A DNA stretch of 64,000 bases from Octopus sinensis (lineage: Eukaryota), in NCBI RefSeq assembly GCF_006345805.1, contig NC_043019.1:30627360-30691359 (forward strand), read 5' to 3'. The notes beneath the pieces are model-generated. The model did not search any database. It was not told the DNA's origin and saw only the letters and a list, made by a program, of their open reading frames with translations. The translations under genes and the position numbers were made by a program. Below, in pieces: positions 63,938 through 64,000 of this stretch (positions are counted from its first letter, which is position 1; each line of letters begins with the position of its first letter).

Positions 63938-64000
63938 CTGGAAAAATGAATTGTTAAAAGAAAAAGGATAAATAAATAAAATTTTTAAAATAATAAAAAT

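Overview
AT-rich, microsatellite- and SINE-saturated eukaryotic genomic DNA; the repeat families suggest an octopus (inference). The only host gene I can support is on the minus strand and spans the whole window: 17 GT-AG exons (63937 down to 425, 2091 nt, about 696 codons, every splice phase compatible) encoding part of an ENPP1-3-type ectonucleotide pyrophosphatase/phosphodiesterase. The domain order is [end of PDE catalytic domain]-[nuclease-like domain]-[second PDE catalytic domain], read through without a stop. One exon (22960-23174) carries both the normal ENPP C-terminus and the Cys-linker that starts the next PDE domain, so this looks like a tandem multi-module ENPP polyprotein. The upstream PDE appears to have lost a Zn-ligand His, while the downstream PDE keeps all catalytic residues visible here. 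The gene's 5' and 3' ends lie outside the window. The introns hold several tRNA-derived SINE families, RTE, R4/Dong-like and Penelope-like retroelement fragments, Penelope-type minimal hammerhead ribozymes (one intact inverted pair), mariner/Tc1 and piggyBac-like MITEs, nested Helitrons and several fold-back repeats. Almost all ORFs in the supplied track are microsatellite or repeat artefacts.
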